A stretch of DNA of 64,000 bases from an uncultured Gemmatimonadaceae bacterium (GTDB lineage: Bacteria > Gemmatimonadota > Gemmatimonadetes > Gemmatimonadales > GWC2-71-9): NCBI GenBank assembly GCA_964599725.1, contig CAZRGT010000016.1, positions 34,351 through 98,350 on the forward strand, in the 5' to 3' direction. Both the position numbers and the translations under genes were made by a program. Under the pieces are notes generated by a model that did no database searches, was not told the origin of the DNA, and worked only from the letters and a program-made list of their open reading frames with translations. This document shows positions 55,309 to 64,000 of this stretch, piece by piece; positions within the stretch are counted from its first letter, which is position 1, and each line of letters starts with the position of its first letter.

Positions 55309-57680
55309 GCGCGGAACTCCACCACGGTAACTCCAGATCCGCCTTGGTTGGCCGGGGGAAACCCCCAGCGCGCGACCCGCGGATCGGCCTCCAGGACCCG
55401 CTGCACGAGATCGCGCAGCGCGCCGGTGCCCTTGCCGTGAATGATCCGCAGGTAGGGCAGATCCGCGAGGACGGCCGCATCGAGCGCGCGGGACAGCTCC
55501 GCCTCGGCTTCGTCGATTCGGAGCCCACGGAGCGACACCTCCGAAGCTGCGTCGGCGGATGGACGGATTGACGGATGGACGGATGGCGCCGTCACAGGGC
55601 GAGATTCGGGTCCGACCACTGCAGCAATCGCTTCAGGGCGTGAAACAATCCGAACGGCACCGGCTTCGATCACGAGCGCCCCGTCTCCGCGCAACTCTCG
55701 AACGACGCCGACCGTCCCATCGGCGATACGCACCCGATCTCCGACTCGCGCGCTTTTCGCTCCGGCCATCTGCCCATCCGCCCATCCGTGGTCTTTCGCT
55801 GCTTCGATCGCCCGCTCCAGCATGCGTCGCGCTTCGCGCGCCGTCGCTTCGTCGACGGCCGCGCGGGCCTGCCCCAGAGCGGCTTCGACGGTTTTGCGCG
55901 CCTCAAGCAGGTAGGCCCGCGCCTGTTCGTGCGCCCTCGCGTCCTGCGTGCGCTCCCGCTTGGCGGTCTCCCGTTCGCGCTCACCGAGCGCGGTTTCCCG
56001 CACTGCGAGCCGGGTCGCTTCCTCCCGTGTCGCCGTTTCCGCGTCGGCAAGGGCTCGTTCGCGCTCGGCCAGCGCCTGCGCCTTGGTCTCCACCGCGGCC
56101 AGCAGCGCATCGAGCGCCCGCTCGGCGTCCGGTACCGTGCGTTCCGCGTCCGCCAGCACCTCGTCCGCGACGCCGAGCCGACGGGCGATCGCCAGCCCGT
56201 AGGAGCGACCCGGCACGCCTTTGAGCAGGCGATAGGTCGGCGCGAGCTGGTCGACGTCGAATTGCAGCGAGGCGTTCACGATGCCCACCGATTCGGTCGC
56301 CAGCCGCTTGAGGGCGCCCAAATGCGTGGTGGCCAATGTGACGGCGTGGCGACGCGTGAGACTGCGCAACGTCGCCGCCGCCAAGGCGGCGCCTTCCGCC
56401 GGGTCGGTGCCGCTGCCGATCTCGTCCAGCAGCACGAGGGATTGGTCGTCGGCATGCGCGAGAATGTCGCGCAACGCCGCGACGTGCGCGGAGAAGGTCG
56501 ACAGGCTCGCGGCAATGGACTGGCGATCGCCGATGTCGGCGAACACGCGCACGAACACCGGCAGTCTCGAATGCGGCCCGATCGGCGGGATGATGCCGCT
56601 CTGGGTCAGGAGGCAGAGCAGCCCCACGGCCTTGATCAGCACCGTTTTCCCGCCGGTGTTGGGGCCGGAGATGAGCACGGTCCACTCGTCGCCGGCAAGC
56701 TCGAGATCGAATGGCATGACCGCGATCTCTCCACCCACGAGCAGCGGGTGCCGGCCGCCGCGGATCTTGATGGGACCGCCGCCGATCTCCGGTGGGAACC
56801 CGTTCACGAGCACGGCATACTGCGCCCTGGCGCACAGATCGTCGAAGGCGATGCACATCTCCCATCCGGCCGCGATGGCTTCCCGGTGGGGGCGCAGCCG
56901 GTCGGTGAGCTCCCGCAGCACGCGCAGCACCTCGCGCTGCTCCTCCGCCTCGCAGGCGCGCAGCTCGTTGCCGACCTCGATCGCTTCGGGCGGCTCCACG
57001 AACACCGTGGCCCGCGTCGCCGACTCGTCGTGCACGATGCCGCCGACCCGGCCGCGCGCGGTGCTGCGCACGGGAATGACATAGCGGCCGCCGCGCAGGG
57101 TGACCGCGGCGTCGGGCGCGCGATCCTGCGGGTCCAGAGCACCCAGCAGACGCTCGAGACGGGCCACGAGTCTCTGCCGCGTCTCCCGCACCGCCTTGCG
57201 GGCGCGGGCCAGCTCCCGTGACGCGGCGTCCAACACCGCCCCGTCGGGCGCGATCGATTCGGTCAGGCGGATCTCGAGCTGCTTCGGAAGCGCGGGCGTC
57301 TTCAACGCAGCGGTTCGCGGGGCCGCGCGCTCCAGGCGCCCCAGCGTCGCCCCGACGGTGCGAACCGCCCCCAGCGTCATGCCGAGCTCGGCCAGCGCCA
57401 TCGCCTCGAGCACGCTGCCGGGGATGCGCAGCACGGCGAGCGGATCGGCGATATCGGAGACGGGTTCGGCGCGCAGCGTGTCATCGGTGAGGAGCTGGGC
57501 GGCGAGCTCGGCGACCTGCGCCAAGGCATCCCGGATGGCCGCGCGATCTTGGAGCGGCGTCCGGTTTCGCACCCGAGCGGCGCCCAGAGGGCCAGCCGCA
57601 TGCGCGGCCACCCGCTCCAAAGCGGACGGGAATTCCACGGTCTCCAGCACGGCGGTCGGGATTCCGCCTCCCGCACTCAT
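55305..57680 (-). CDS. mutS2: MutS2 (ATPase, coiled coil, KOW, Smr)
   Basis: GPNTGGKT, DIGDRQSI, LLDEIGSGTDP, TTH, IIHGKGTG. Confidence 0.95.
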   Translation of the reverse strand: MSAGGGIPTAVLETVEFPSALERVAAHAAGPLGAARVRNRTPLQDRAAIRDALAQVAELAAQLLTDDTLRAEPVSDIADPLAVLRIPGSVLEAMALAELGMTLGAVRTVGATLGRLERAAPRTAALKTPALPKQLEIRLTESIAPDGAVLDAASRELARARKAVRETRQRLVARLERLLGALDPQDRAPDAAVTLRGGRYVIPVRSTARGRVGGIVHDESATRATVFVEPPEAIEVGNELRACEAEEQREVLRVLRELTDRLRPHREAIAAGWEMCIAFDDLCARAQYAVLVNGFPPEIGGGPIKIRGGRHPLLVGGEIAVMPFDLELAGDEWTVLISGPNTGGKTVLIKAVGLLCLLTQSGIIPPIGPHSRLPVFVRVFADIGDRQSIAASLSTFSAHVAALRDILAHADDQSLVLLDEIGSGTDPAEGAALAAATLRSLTRRHAVTLATTHLGALKRLATESVGIVNASLQFDVDQLAPTYRLLKGVPGRSYGLAIARRLGVADEVLADAERTVPDAERALDALLAAVETKAQALAERERALADAETATREEATRLAVRETALGERERETAKRERTQDARAHEQARAYLLEARKTVEAALGQARAAVDEATAREARRMLERAIEAAKDHGWADGQMAGAKSARVGDRVRIADGTVGVVRELRGDGALVIEAGAVRIVSRPEAIAAVVGPESRPVTAPSVHPSIRPSADAASEVSLRGLRIDEAEAELSRALDAAVLADLPYLRIIHGKGTGALRDLVQRVLEADPRVARWGFPPANQGGSGVTVVEFRA
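55555..55789. repeat. Two octamer arrays in inverted orientation inside mutS2
   Basis: (A/G)CGGAT(G/T)G x4 at 55555-55586 and CCATC(C/T)G(C/T) x3 at 55766-55789. Confidence 0.7.
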
Positions 57681-58120
57681 ACGCTGGCCGACAGCTCCTC
57701 GCGCGCGATCTGATTGATCAGTTTGCCATCCGCGCGTCCCTTGAAGGCTGGCATGACTCGCCCCATCACCGTGCCGACGTCAGTCGCCCCGCCCGCCATC
57801 GCCGCGCGTACGGCGGCGCGGATCTCTTCGGGCGGCGCCTGTGCGGGCAGAAACGCCTCCAAGGCGGCGACTTCGGCACGCTCGACGTCGGCGCGATCGG
57901 CCCGACCCACCGCGGCAAACTGCTCAGCGGCTTCGCGCCGTTTCTTGATTCCGCGCCGCACGACCTCCACCGCCGCTTCGTCGGTGATGGGGTGCGTCGA
58001 CTCGAGTTCGCGGTTCTTGAGATCGGCGAGGAGGGTGGAGAACAGCAGCGTACGCGCCTGATCGCGGGATTTGCGCGCCTCGTTCAGGGCGGCTCGCAGC
58101 CGCTCGCCGAGGCTCGCCAT
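57677..58120 (-). CDS. yqeY: GatB/YqeY domain protein
   Basis: IKKRREAAEQF...R.D, FLP, MGRVM, GRADG. Confidence 0.92.
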   Translation of the reverse strand: MASLGERLRAALNEARKSRDQARTLLFSTLLADLKNRELESTHPITDEAAVEVVRRGIKKRREAAEQFAAVGRADRADVERAEVAALEAFLPAQAPPEEIRAAVRAAMAGGATDVGTVMGRVMPAFKGRADGKLINQIAREELSASV

Positions 58121-58121
58121 C

Positions 58122-58229
58122 TCAGGCGTGTTGCAGATCCGAGAGGATTCCGGCCTTCTCGCACTTCTTCTTGAAGCGCTTCAGTGCTCGCTCAAAACTC
58201 TCGTCATCGTGAATGACGACTTCCGGCAT
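58122..58229 (-). CDS. rpsU: Ribosomal protein bS21, C-terminally truncated (35 aa); possibly a pseudogene
   Basis: [35 protein letters not shown]; canonical position ahead of yqeY; not in ORF track. Confidence 0.88.
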   Translation of the reverse strand: MPEVVIHDDESFERALKRFKKKCEKAGILSDLQHA

Positions 58230-58330
58230 CGTGTGCGTGAACCCTTTCCCGAGATCAAAGAAACCGCGGATACCACGCTAACTCCGGAAGACGGCACAAG
58301 TTAGCCCCTGCCCGCGAGCCGACGCAAGCC

Positions 58331-58675
58331 CTACCCCGGCGGCCAAGTCATGAACCGCCCGCCCAGGATGTGGAGATGCAGATGATGCACCGTCTGGCCG
58401 CCGTCCGCCTTCGTGTTCACCACCACGCGATAGCCCCGCTCGGCCATCCCGGCATCACGTGCCAGCTCGCGGGCGAATCCCAACAATCGGCCGAGCATCG
58501 CATCATCCCGAGTGTGATCCAGGGAAGCGACATGCTCGATGGGAATGACCAGCAGGTGCGTAGGGGCTTGCGGGTTGATGTCTTTGAACGCGACGAAGTG
58601 CTGGTCGCGTTTCACGACCGTGGCCGGGATGGCGCCCGTGACGACCTGGCAAAAAATGCAGTCGGCCTCAAGCAC
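58331..58675 (-). CDS. HIT family nucleotide-binding protein
   Basis: [23 protein letters not shown]. Confidence 0.95.
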   Translation of the reverse strand: MLEADCIFCQVVTGAIPATVVKRDQHFVAFKDINPQAPTHLLVIPIEHVASLDHTRDDAMLGRLLGFARELARDAGMAERGYRVVVNTKADGGQTVHHLHLHILGGRFMTWPPG

Positions 58676-59822
58676 CGAACGCTTCCCGGATATTGTTCCA
58701 GAACCCGCGTCCCAGGCTGTCCGCGGGCGGCTCGCCTTCGACCTTCTTCAGCTCCAGGAACGCCTGCTCCTGCCCATCGCTGAGACGCGTCGGTGTCCAC
58801 ACCTGCACCCGCACATGCAGGTCACCGCGGCTGCCCTCACCCAACCGCGGCAATCCCTTCCCGCGAAGCCGGTAGATCGTCCCGGTCTGGGTGCCGGGCT
58901 GGATCTTGAGCGGCGCGCCACCGTACGGAGTCGGGATCTCGACGTCGGCGCCCAGGGCCGCCTGGCTGAAGGACACGGGGAGGTCGTAGATCAGGTGGTC
59001 GCCCTGACGCTCAAAGCGCGGGTCCTCGGCGATCTCGAGCACCGCGATCAGATCGCCAGGTGGGCCGTTGCGCGACCCCGGCACGCCCTGCCCGCGCACC
59101 GTGAGGTAATGATGATCGGCGACCCCCGCCGGTACGTCGAGCTGGACCGTCTTCTCCGCTTTGACGCGTCCTTCTCCGCGGCAGGTGGCGCACGGCTCCT
59201 TGATCACGTGGCCGTCGCCGGCGCAGGTCGGGCACGGGGAGACGGAGACGAATTGCCCGAACATCGACTGTGCCGCCCGGCGCACCTCGCCGGTGCCGCG
59301 GCACATGTCGCACGTGACCGGCTTGGTGCCCGGTTTCGCCCCGCCCCCTTTGCAGGTCGCGCAGGTGTCGAGCGTACGGAGCTTCACCGCTTTGGTCGTC
59401 CCAGTGGCGACCTCGGCCAGTGTGAGCTTCAGCGACACCTTGAGATCGGGTCCGCGCCGCCGGTCTCGGCGCGTCCGCTCACCGCCCCCGAAAAACGCGT
59501 CGAAGCCGCCCAGCCCGCCGAAGTCGCGCATGAACACACTGAGCGCTTCGGACAGATCGAAATGCGCGAACCCGGCGCCGAACGGCGATCCGGCACCCCC
59601 CCGCGCGGCTTCGCCGTAGCGGTCGTAGGCGGCGCGCTGGTCCGCGTCGCGCAGCACTTCGTAGGCCTCGGTGATTTCCTTGAAGCGCTCCTCGGCTTCC
59701 GCCGCTTTGTTCCGGTCCGGATGGTACTCCATCGCCAGCTTCCGATAGGCCTTCTTGATCTCGGCTTCGGAAGCGTCGCGTTCCACTCCCAGGACCGCGT
59801 AGAAATCGCGCTGGCGGGTCAC
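58668..59822 (-). CDS. dnaJ: Chaperone DnaJ
   Basis: HPD J-domain, G/F region, four CxxCxGxG. Confidence 0.98.
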   Translation of the reverse strand: MTRQRDFYAVLGVERDASEAEIKKAYRKLAMEYHPDRNKAAEAEERFKEITEAYEVLRDADQRAAYDRYGEAARGGAGSPFGAGFAHFDLSEALSVFMRDFGGLGGFDAFFGGGERTRRDRRRGPDLKVSLKLTLAEVATGTTKAVKLRTLDTCATCKGGGAKPGTKPVTCDMCRGTGEVRRAAQSMFGQFVSVSPCPTCAGDGHVIKEPCATCRGEGRVKAEKTVQLDVPAGVADHHYLTVRGQGVPGSRNGPPGDLIAVLEIAEDPRFERQGDHLIYDLPVSFSQAALGADVEIPTPYGGAPLKIQPGTQTGTIYRLRGKGLPRLGEGSRGDLHVRVQVWTPTRLSDGQEQAFLELKKVEGEPPADSLGRGFWNNIREAFGA

Positions 59823-60841
59823 TGCATCAGCTCCTCGACCAACCGGCTCGTATGGTCGACGAGGGCGACGATCTTGTCATAGGGCATCCGCGTCGGCCCG
59901 AGCACGCCGATGACGCCGGCGAGCGATCCGGCGCGATAGGACGAGGTCACGAGGGTGAACGTCGCGAGCTTCGGATCCTGATGCTCGGTCCCGATCGTGA
60001 TCGTGAGCCCGGGCGAGGTGCGCTCCGCCAGCGCGTCACGCAGCCGGTCCCGGCGCTCGGTGACTTCGAGCAGGCTATGTAGGCGCTCGGTAGTGGAGAA
60101 CTCGGGCTGCCCGGCGAGCAACTGGGCGGAGGAGAGCAGCACCCCGCCCGCGGGAACGTCGAACAGCTCCTCCGCCTCCTGCACGAAAATATTCAGCAGC
60201 TCACTCGACTGGGGGCTCGACGTCGCGTCGCGCACGCGGTCCGCCAGGGTGAGACGGATGTCCTTCAGGGTGAGCCCGGCGAGCCGCTCGTTCAACACGA
60301 CGGCGACCTGCACCACCGCCTCCGCCGCCATGTGCGAGGGGACTTCGACGAAAATGGTGCGCACCGCCCCCTGCTTGAGGGTGAGCACGAGCAACACGCG
60401 ATCACTCGCGACCTGCACCAGCTCGAGCCGCTCGAGCACCGCTTCGTCCAGCGAGAGCCCCACGGCCACGCCCAGCTCCTGGGTCAGGACGCCCAATACC
60501 TGGGCCGCTCGAGCCAGGATCTGATCCACGGCGTTGCGAGGCCCGGCCAGCTCCTCCCGGATCTGATGCGCCTGATCCTGGGTGAGCGTCGAGGGATGCA
60601 TGATGGCGTCGACGTACATGCGATAGGCGCGATCGGTGGGAATCCGTCCCGCGGAGGTGTGCGGGTGGTACAGGTACCCCTTTTCCTCCAGGTCGCTCAT
60701 CGTGTTGCGGATCGTGGCGGCGGACAGGCCGAGGCCGAACCGCTTCGCGATGGTCCGACTGGCGGCCGGCTCGGCGGTCTGCACATATGTCTCGATCACG
60801 GCGCCCAACACCTGGCGCTCGCGGTCGGTGAGGGTCATCAA
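59819..60841 (-). CDS. hrcA: Heat-inducible repressor HrcA
   Basis: [34 protein letters not shown]. Confidence 0.97.
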   Translation of the reverse strand: MMTLTDRERQVLGAVIETYVQTAEPAASRTIAKRFGLGLSAATIRNTMSDLEEKGYLYHPHTSAGRIPTDRAYRMYVDAIMHPSTLTQDQAHQIREELAGPRNAVDQILARAAQVLGVLTQELGVAVGLSLDEAVLERLELVQVASDRVLLVLTLKQGAVRTIFVEVPSHMAAEAVVQVAVVLNERLAGLTLKDIRLTLADRVRDATSSPQSSELLNIFVQEAEELFDVPAGGVLLSSAQLLAGQPEFSTTERLHSLLEVTERRDRLRDALAERTSPGLTITIGTEHQDPKLATFTLVTSSYRAGSLAGVIGVLGPTRMPYDKIVALVDHTSRLVEELMQ

Positions 60842-60868
60842 ATCTCCAACCTCTTTCGGTGAAACAAA

Positions 60869-61975
60869 TTACGAAGTCGTGGATGGCGCGGTCAAGGCGG
60901 CCACCAATGAGTCGAGCCGCAACCAGCCTTCCACAGAGCACTTCAGGCGCCCCGACTGCTCCACGAGCCAACCCTGTTGTACCAACGCTTGGAGCGGAGC
61001 CGACGAGACGACATCGGATACCGGAACGCCAGCGTTGGTGCGCAAGCCGAGATACAATCGCTCCAGTGCACGCTGTCCGTCGGTCAGTATTTCTTCCGAC
61101 TCGACGGGCGAGCGACCGTCGGCGATCGCCCGACGGTAGGCTTCCCAGGCCGCCAGATTCCAGCGTCGCGCGCGACCATCGAACGAATGCGCCGCCGGTC
61201 CTACGCCAGCATAGGGGCGGCCGATCCAATACGCGCTGTTGTGACGCGAACGCCGCTCCTCCCGTGCAGCGTTTGACACTTCATAAAACACGAACCCTGC
61301 CGATCCGAGGCGAGCATGCGCGGCGAGATACTCCTCGGCGTAGCGCTCGTCGCTCGGGGCGTTGGCAGCGCCGCGCGCGATCCATCGCTGCAGCGGGGTC
61401 CGGGGTTCGACCGTCAACCCGTACAGCGACAGGTGTTCGGGCTCCAAGGCGATCGCCGTCTCGAGATCCCGCTCCCAGTCGCGTTGCAACACCGTCGGCA
61501 GGGCGAAAATCAAATCCAGCGACAGGTTGTCGAAGCCCGCCGCGCGCAACGTCCGCACGGCCGCGCGGGCGCGCGGCGCGTCGTGCACGCGGTGCATCCA
61601 TTGCAGCACACGATCATCGAACGATTGGACGCCGAGCGAAATCCGGTTGACCCCAGCGGAACGCCAGCCCGACGCGGCCGCGTCGGTCACGTCCTCGGGA
61701 TTGGCCTCGAGCGTGATCTCGGCGGTGTCGTGCAGCGGCGCCCTGGACGAGATGGCAGCGAGCAGTGACGCGATGGCCGCGGCCGGAAGCAGCGACGGAG
61801 TCCCACCGCCGAAATAGATGGTTTCCAGCGGGCCCCCGAGCGCCGTCTGCTCGACCTCCTGCCGGATCGTTTCGACATACGGCTGGGCCGGAACACGCTG
61901 GCGGACCGCGATCGAGAAGTCGCAATACGAACAGCGGCGCTGGCAGAACGGCACGTGAACGTAGAGATGGTGCAC
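60869..61975 (-). CDS. hemW: Radical SAM heme chaperone HemW
   Basis: LYVHVPFC...CSYCDF, GGGTPS, EANP, YEVSN, HN..YW. Confidence 0.92.
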   Translation of the reverse strand: MHHLYVHVPFCQRRCSYCDFSIAVRQRVPAQPYVETIRQEVEQTALGGPLETIYFGGGTPSLLPAAAIASLLAAISSRAPLHDTAEITLEANPEDVTDAAASGWRSAGVNRISLGVQSFDDRVLQWMHRVHDAPRARAAVRTLRAAGFDNLSLDLIFALPTVLQRDWERDLETAIALEPEHLSLYGLTVEPRTPLQRWIARGAANAPSDERYAEEYLAAHARLGSAGFVFYEVSNAAREERRSRHNSAYWIGRPYAGVGPAAHSFDGRARRWNLAAWEAYRRAIADGRSPVESEEILTDGQRALERLYLGLRTNAGVPVSDVVSSAPLQALVQQGWLVEQSGRLKCSVEGWLRLDSLVAALTAPSTTS

Positions 61976-61991
61976 CGGGGATAGATAACCG

Positions 61992-63107
61992 TCAGGCCAA
62001 TGCGAAGATCATCCCCGGCTGCTGCGCGACGAGCCCACGCAGCTCCAGATCCGTCAACGCGGTCAGGACCGCTCCGGTATCCCGCCCCGTTCCCGTAACC
62101 AGCGCATCGACATGCACGGCGTGGGTGACGAGCGCCTCCCAGAGCGCCCGCTGCAGCTCGGTGAGGTCGGCCGGCAGCGGTCGCCGCGCCGGTGACGCCG
62201 CACCGACCGGCGGGGACGAGGGGATCCCCAGTTCCTCGAGAATATCGCCCGCGACGAGCGCCGGCTTCGCCCCCTGCTGGATGAGCTTGTTGCACCCGGT
62301 GGAGGTGGGGCTGGTGATCGGGCCGGGAACAGCCAGCACGCTGCGTCCCTGGTCCAACGCACAATCGGCGGTAATGAGCGCACCCGATCCCACGGCCGCC
62401 TCCACCACCACCGTCACTCCCGCCAGCCCGGAGATGATGCGGTTGCGGCGCGGAAACGTGCTGGCGCGCGGGCGCTCACCGGGCGGCAGCTCGGTGACCA
62501 GGCATCCCACGGCGGACACGCGCTCATACAGGGCGCGGTTCGCCGCCGGGTAGATCACGCCGAACCCATTGCCAAGCACCCCGACGGTGCCGCCGCCGGC
62601 GTCCAGCGCGGCCACGTGCGCGACGGCATCCAATCCGCGCGCCATCCCGCTCACCACGACGGCACTGCGCGCCACACCGGAGGCGAGCAGCCGCGCCGCT
62701 TCCGCGCCGTAGGGCGTGTGGGTGCGGCTCCCGACGATCGCCGCCGCCGGTCGCGCCAGCAGCGACGCATCGCCCCACACGTACAACGCGGCCGGCGGAT
62801 CGGGGATCTCCGCGAGCAGCGAGGGATAGGCGGCATCGCCGGGGACGGTGACCATAGCGCCGAGTCGGTCCAGCGTCGCCACGATTTCGGCGCCGGCCCG
62901 GCGGCCCGCGCCGCGTACGGCGGTGGCGGCGGCCGGTCCGAACCCCGGCAGCGCGGCGATCGCCCCATGCGGCGCGACGAGCGCGCCGCCCGCGCTGCCA
63001 AACGCGGCGATCAGCGTGCGCAGCCGCGCGGCGCCGATCCCGGGGATCTGGCCGAGCGCCAGGTAGGCCGCTAGCTCGTCGCGATCGGTATGCGCAAGCG
63101 CTGCCAC
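61992..63107 (-). CDS. dprA: DNA processing protein DprA
   Basis: AIVGSR, VSGMARGLD, FPRRNRIISGL, VVEA...SGALITA. Confidence 0.95.
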   Translation of the reverse strand: MAALAHTDRDELAAYLALGQIPGIGAARLRTLIAAFGSAGGALVAPHGAIAALPGFGPAAATAVRGAGRRAGAEIVATLDRLGAMVTVPGDAAYPSLLAEIPDPPAALYVWGDASLLARPAAAIVGSRTHTPYGAEAARLLASGVARSAVVVSGMARGLDAVAHVAALDAGGGTVGVLGNGFGVIYPAANRALYERVSAVGCLVTELPPGERPRASTFPRRNRIISGLAGVTVVVEAAVGSGALITADCALDQGRSVLAVPGPITSPTSTGCNKLIQQGAKPALVAGDILEELGIPSSPPVGAASPARRPLPADLTELQRALWEALVTHAVHVDALVTGTGRDTGAVLTALTDLELRGLVAQQPGMIFALA

Positions 63108-64000
63108 AGCGCCTCGAGCAGGTTCCGGATCCCGAACCCGGTCACCGCCGACACCGGAACGACGGGCGCGTCGTTCGGCGTCCGGATGGTGGGTGGATTG
63201 GACCCGGGCGGCAGGAGGTCCATCTTCGTGACGACGACGACATGCGGCTTGGCCCCCAGCTCCGCGCTGTAGGACGCCGCTTCACGTCGCAACAGCTCAT
63301 ACGTCGACTGCGGGTCGGGACTGTCGGCGGGCACGAGGATCGCCACCAATCGGGTGCGCTCGACGTGTTGCAGGAACTTCAACCCGAGACCCTTCCCCGC
63401 ATGGGCCCCTTCGATGATCCCCGGGATGTCGGCCATCACGAAGCCGCGCTGATCGGAAAGGGCGACGACCCCCAGGTTCGGCTCGAGCGTGGTAAATGGA
63501 TAGTCGGCGATCTTGGGACGCGCGGCCGAGACGACCGAGAGCAGCGTGCTCTTCCCCGCATTCGGCTCTCCCAGCAGGCCCACGTCGGCGATGAGTTTGA
63601 GGACCAGCTCGACATTCCGTTCCTCGCCGGAGGTCCCCGGCTCCCATTCACGCGGCGACTGGTGGGTCGCGGTGGCGAACTGGGCGTTGCCGCGCCCCCC
63701 CCGTCCGCCCTTGGCCACGAGCAGTGTCGCGCCGGACTCCAGGAGCTCCCCCAGAATCTCGCCGGTGTCGGCGTTGCGCACCTCTGTGCCCGGCGGAACC
63801 GGCAAGTACAGATCCACGGCGGAGCGTCCGGTCATCTTCTTGCCCTTGCCGTGCACGCCATGCTCCGCCTTCCATTGCGTGTGGTAGCGGTAGTCGAGCA
63901 GCGTGGCGAGGTTCGCATCGACGCGCGCGAACACACTGCCCCCCGCCCCGCCGTCTCCGCCATCCGGGCCCCCCTTGGGCACGAATTTCTCGCGACGGAA
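63071..64000 (-). CDS. obgE: GTPase ObgE (5' end outside window)
   Basis: GGPDGGDGG, GEPNAGKST, YPFTTL.P, DIPG, TKMD. Confidence 0.97.
   Translation of the reverse strand, partial: FRREKFVPKGGPDGGDGGAGGSVFARVDANLATLLDYRYHTQWKAEHGVHGKGKKMTGRSAVDLYLPVPPGTEVRNADTGEILGELLESGATLLVAKGGRGGRGNAQFATATHQSPREWEPGTSGEERNVELVLKLIADVGLLGEPNAGKSTLLSVVSAARPKIADYPFTTLEPNLGVVALSDQRGFVMADIPGIIEGAHAGKGLGLKFLQHVERTRLVAILVPADSPDPQSTYELLRREAASYSAELGAKPHVVVVTKMDLLPPGSNPPTIRTPNDAPVVPVSAVTGFGIRNLLEALWQRLRIPIATS

Noticed and set aside
60842-61991. CIRCE element upstream of hrcA or hemW
   Set aside because: No TTAGCACTC-N9-GAGTGCTAA-like repeat seen.

Overview
High-GC bacterial chromosome segment. The protein sequences, the gene order and the kinase/lipoprotein families suggest Gemmatimonadota; this is an inference and no search was run. 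Most of the window is housekeeping genes on the minus strand, read right to left: obgE-dprA-hemW-hrcA-dnaJ-HIT, rpsU-yqeY-mutS2-dnaG-Zn ribbon-recJ-rsmD-coaD-pta-rsbV/W/U-rsmA, rex-arcA-MBL, infC-rpmI-rplT-pheST-zapBA-rny-folD-xseAB-ispA-dxs-nadK-recN, then aroA-cmk-rpsA, pccB-accC-rlmD-like-accB and rplM. An accessory block (about 9.2-23.2 kb) lies between aroA and tRNA-Leu(TAA). Its main feature is a RiPP-like operon: an unannotated 55-aa precursor with a lasso-type leader, an HPr-kinase-like kinase, an RRE/PqqD protein, a lasso B2-type leader protease and a nucleotidyltransferase, joined tail-to-tail to a Wzm/Wzt-type ABC exporter. There is no lasso cyclase in the window and the predicted core has no Asp or Glu, so the product cannot be a lasso peptide. 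It may be a linear phosphorylated or nucleotidylated peptide. Other notable points: an RlmD homologue lacking its catalytic Cys, a bS21 truncated to 35 aa, a perfect Rex operator ahead of rex-arcA, an L20-leader-like attenuator with a non-AUG infC start, and 7/8-bp tandem repeats inside core genes.
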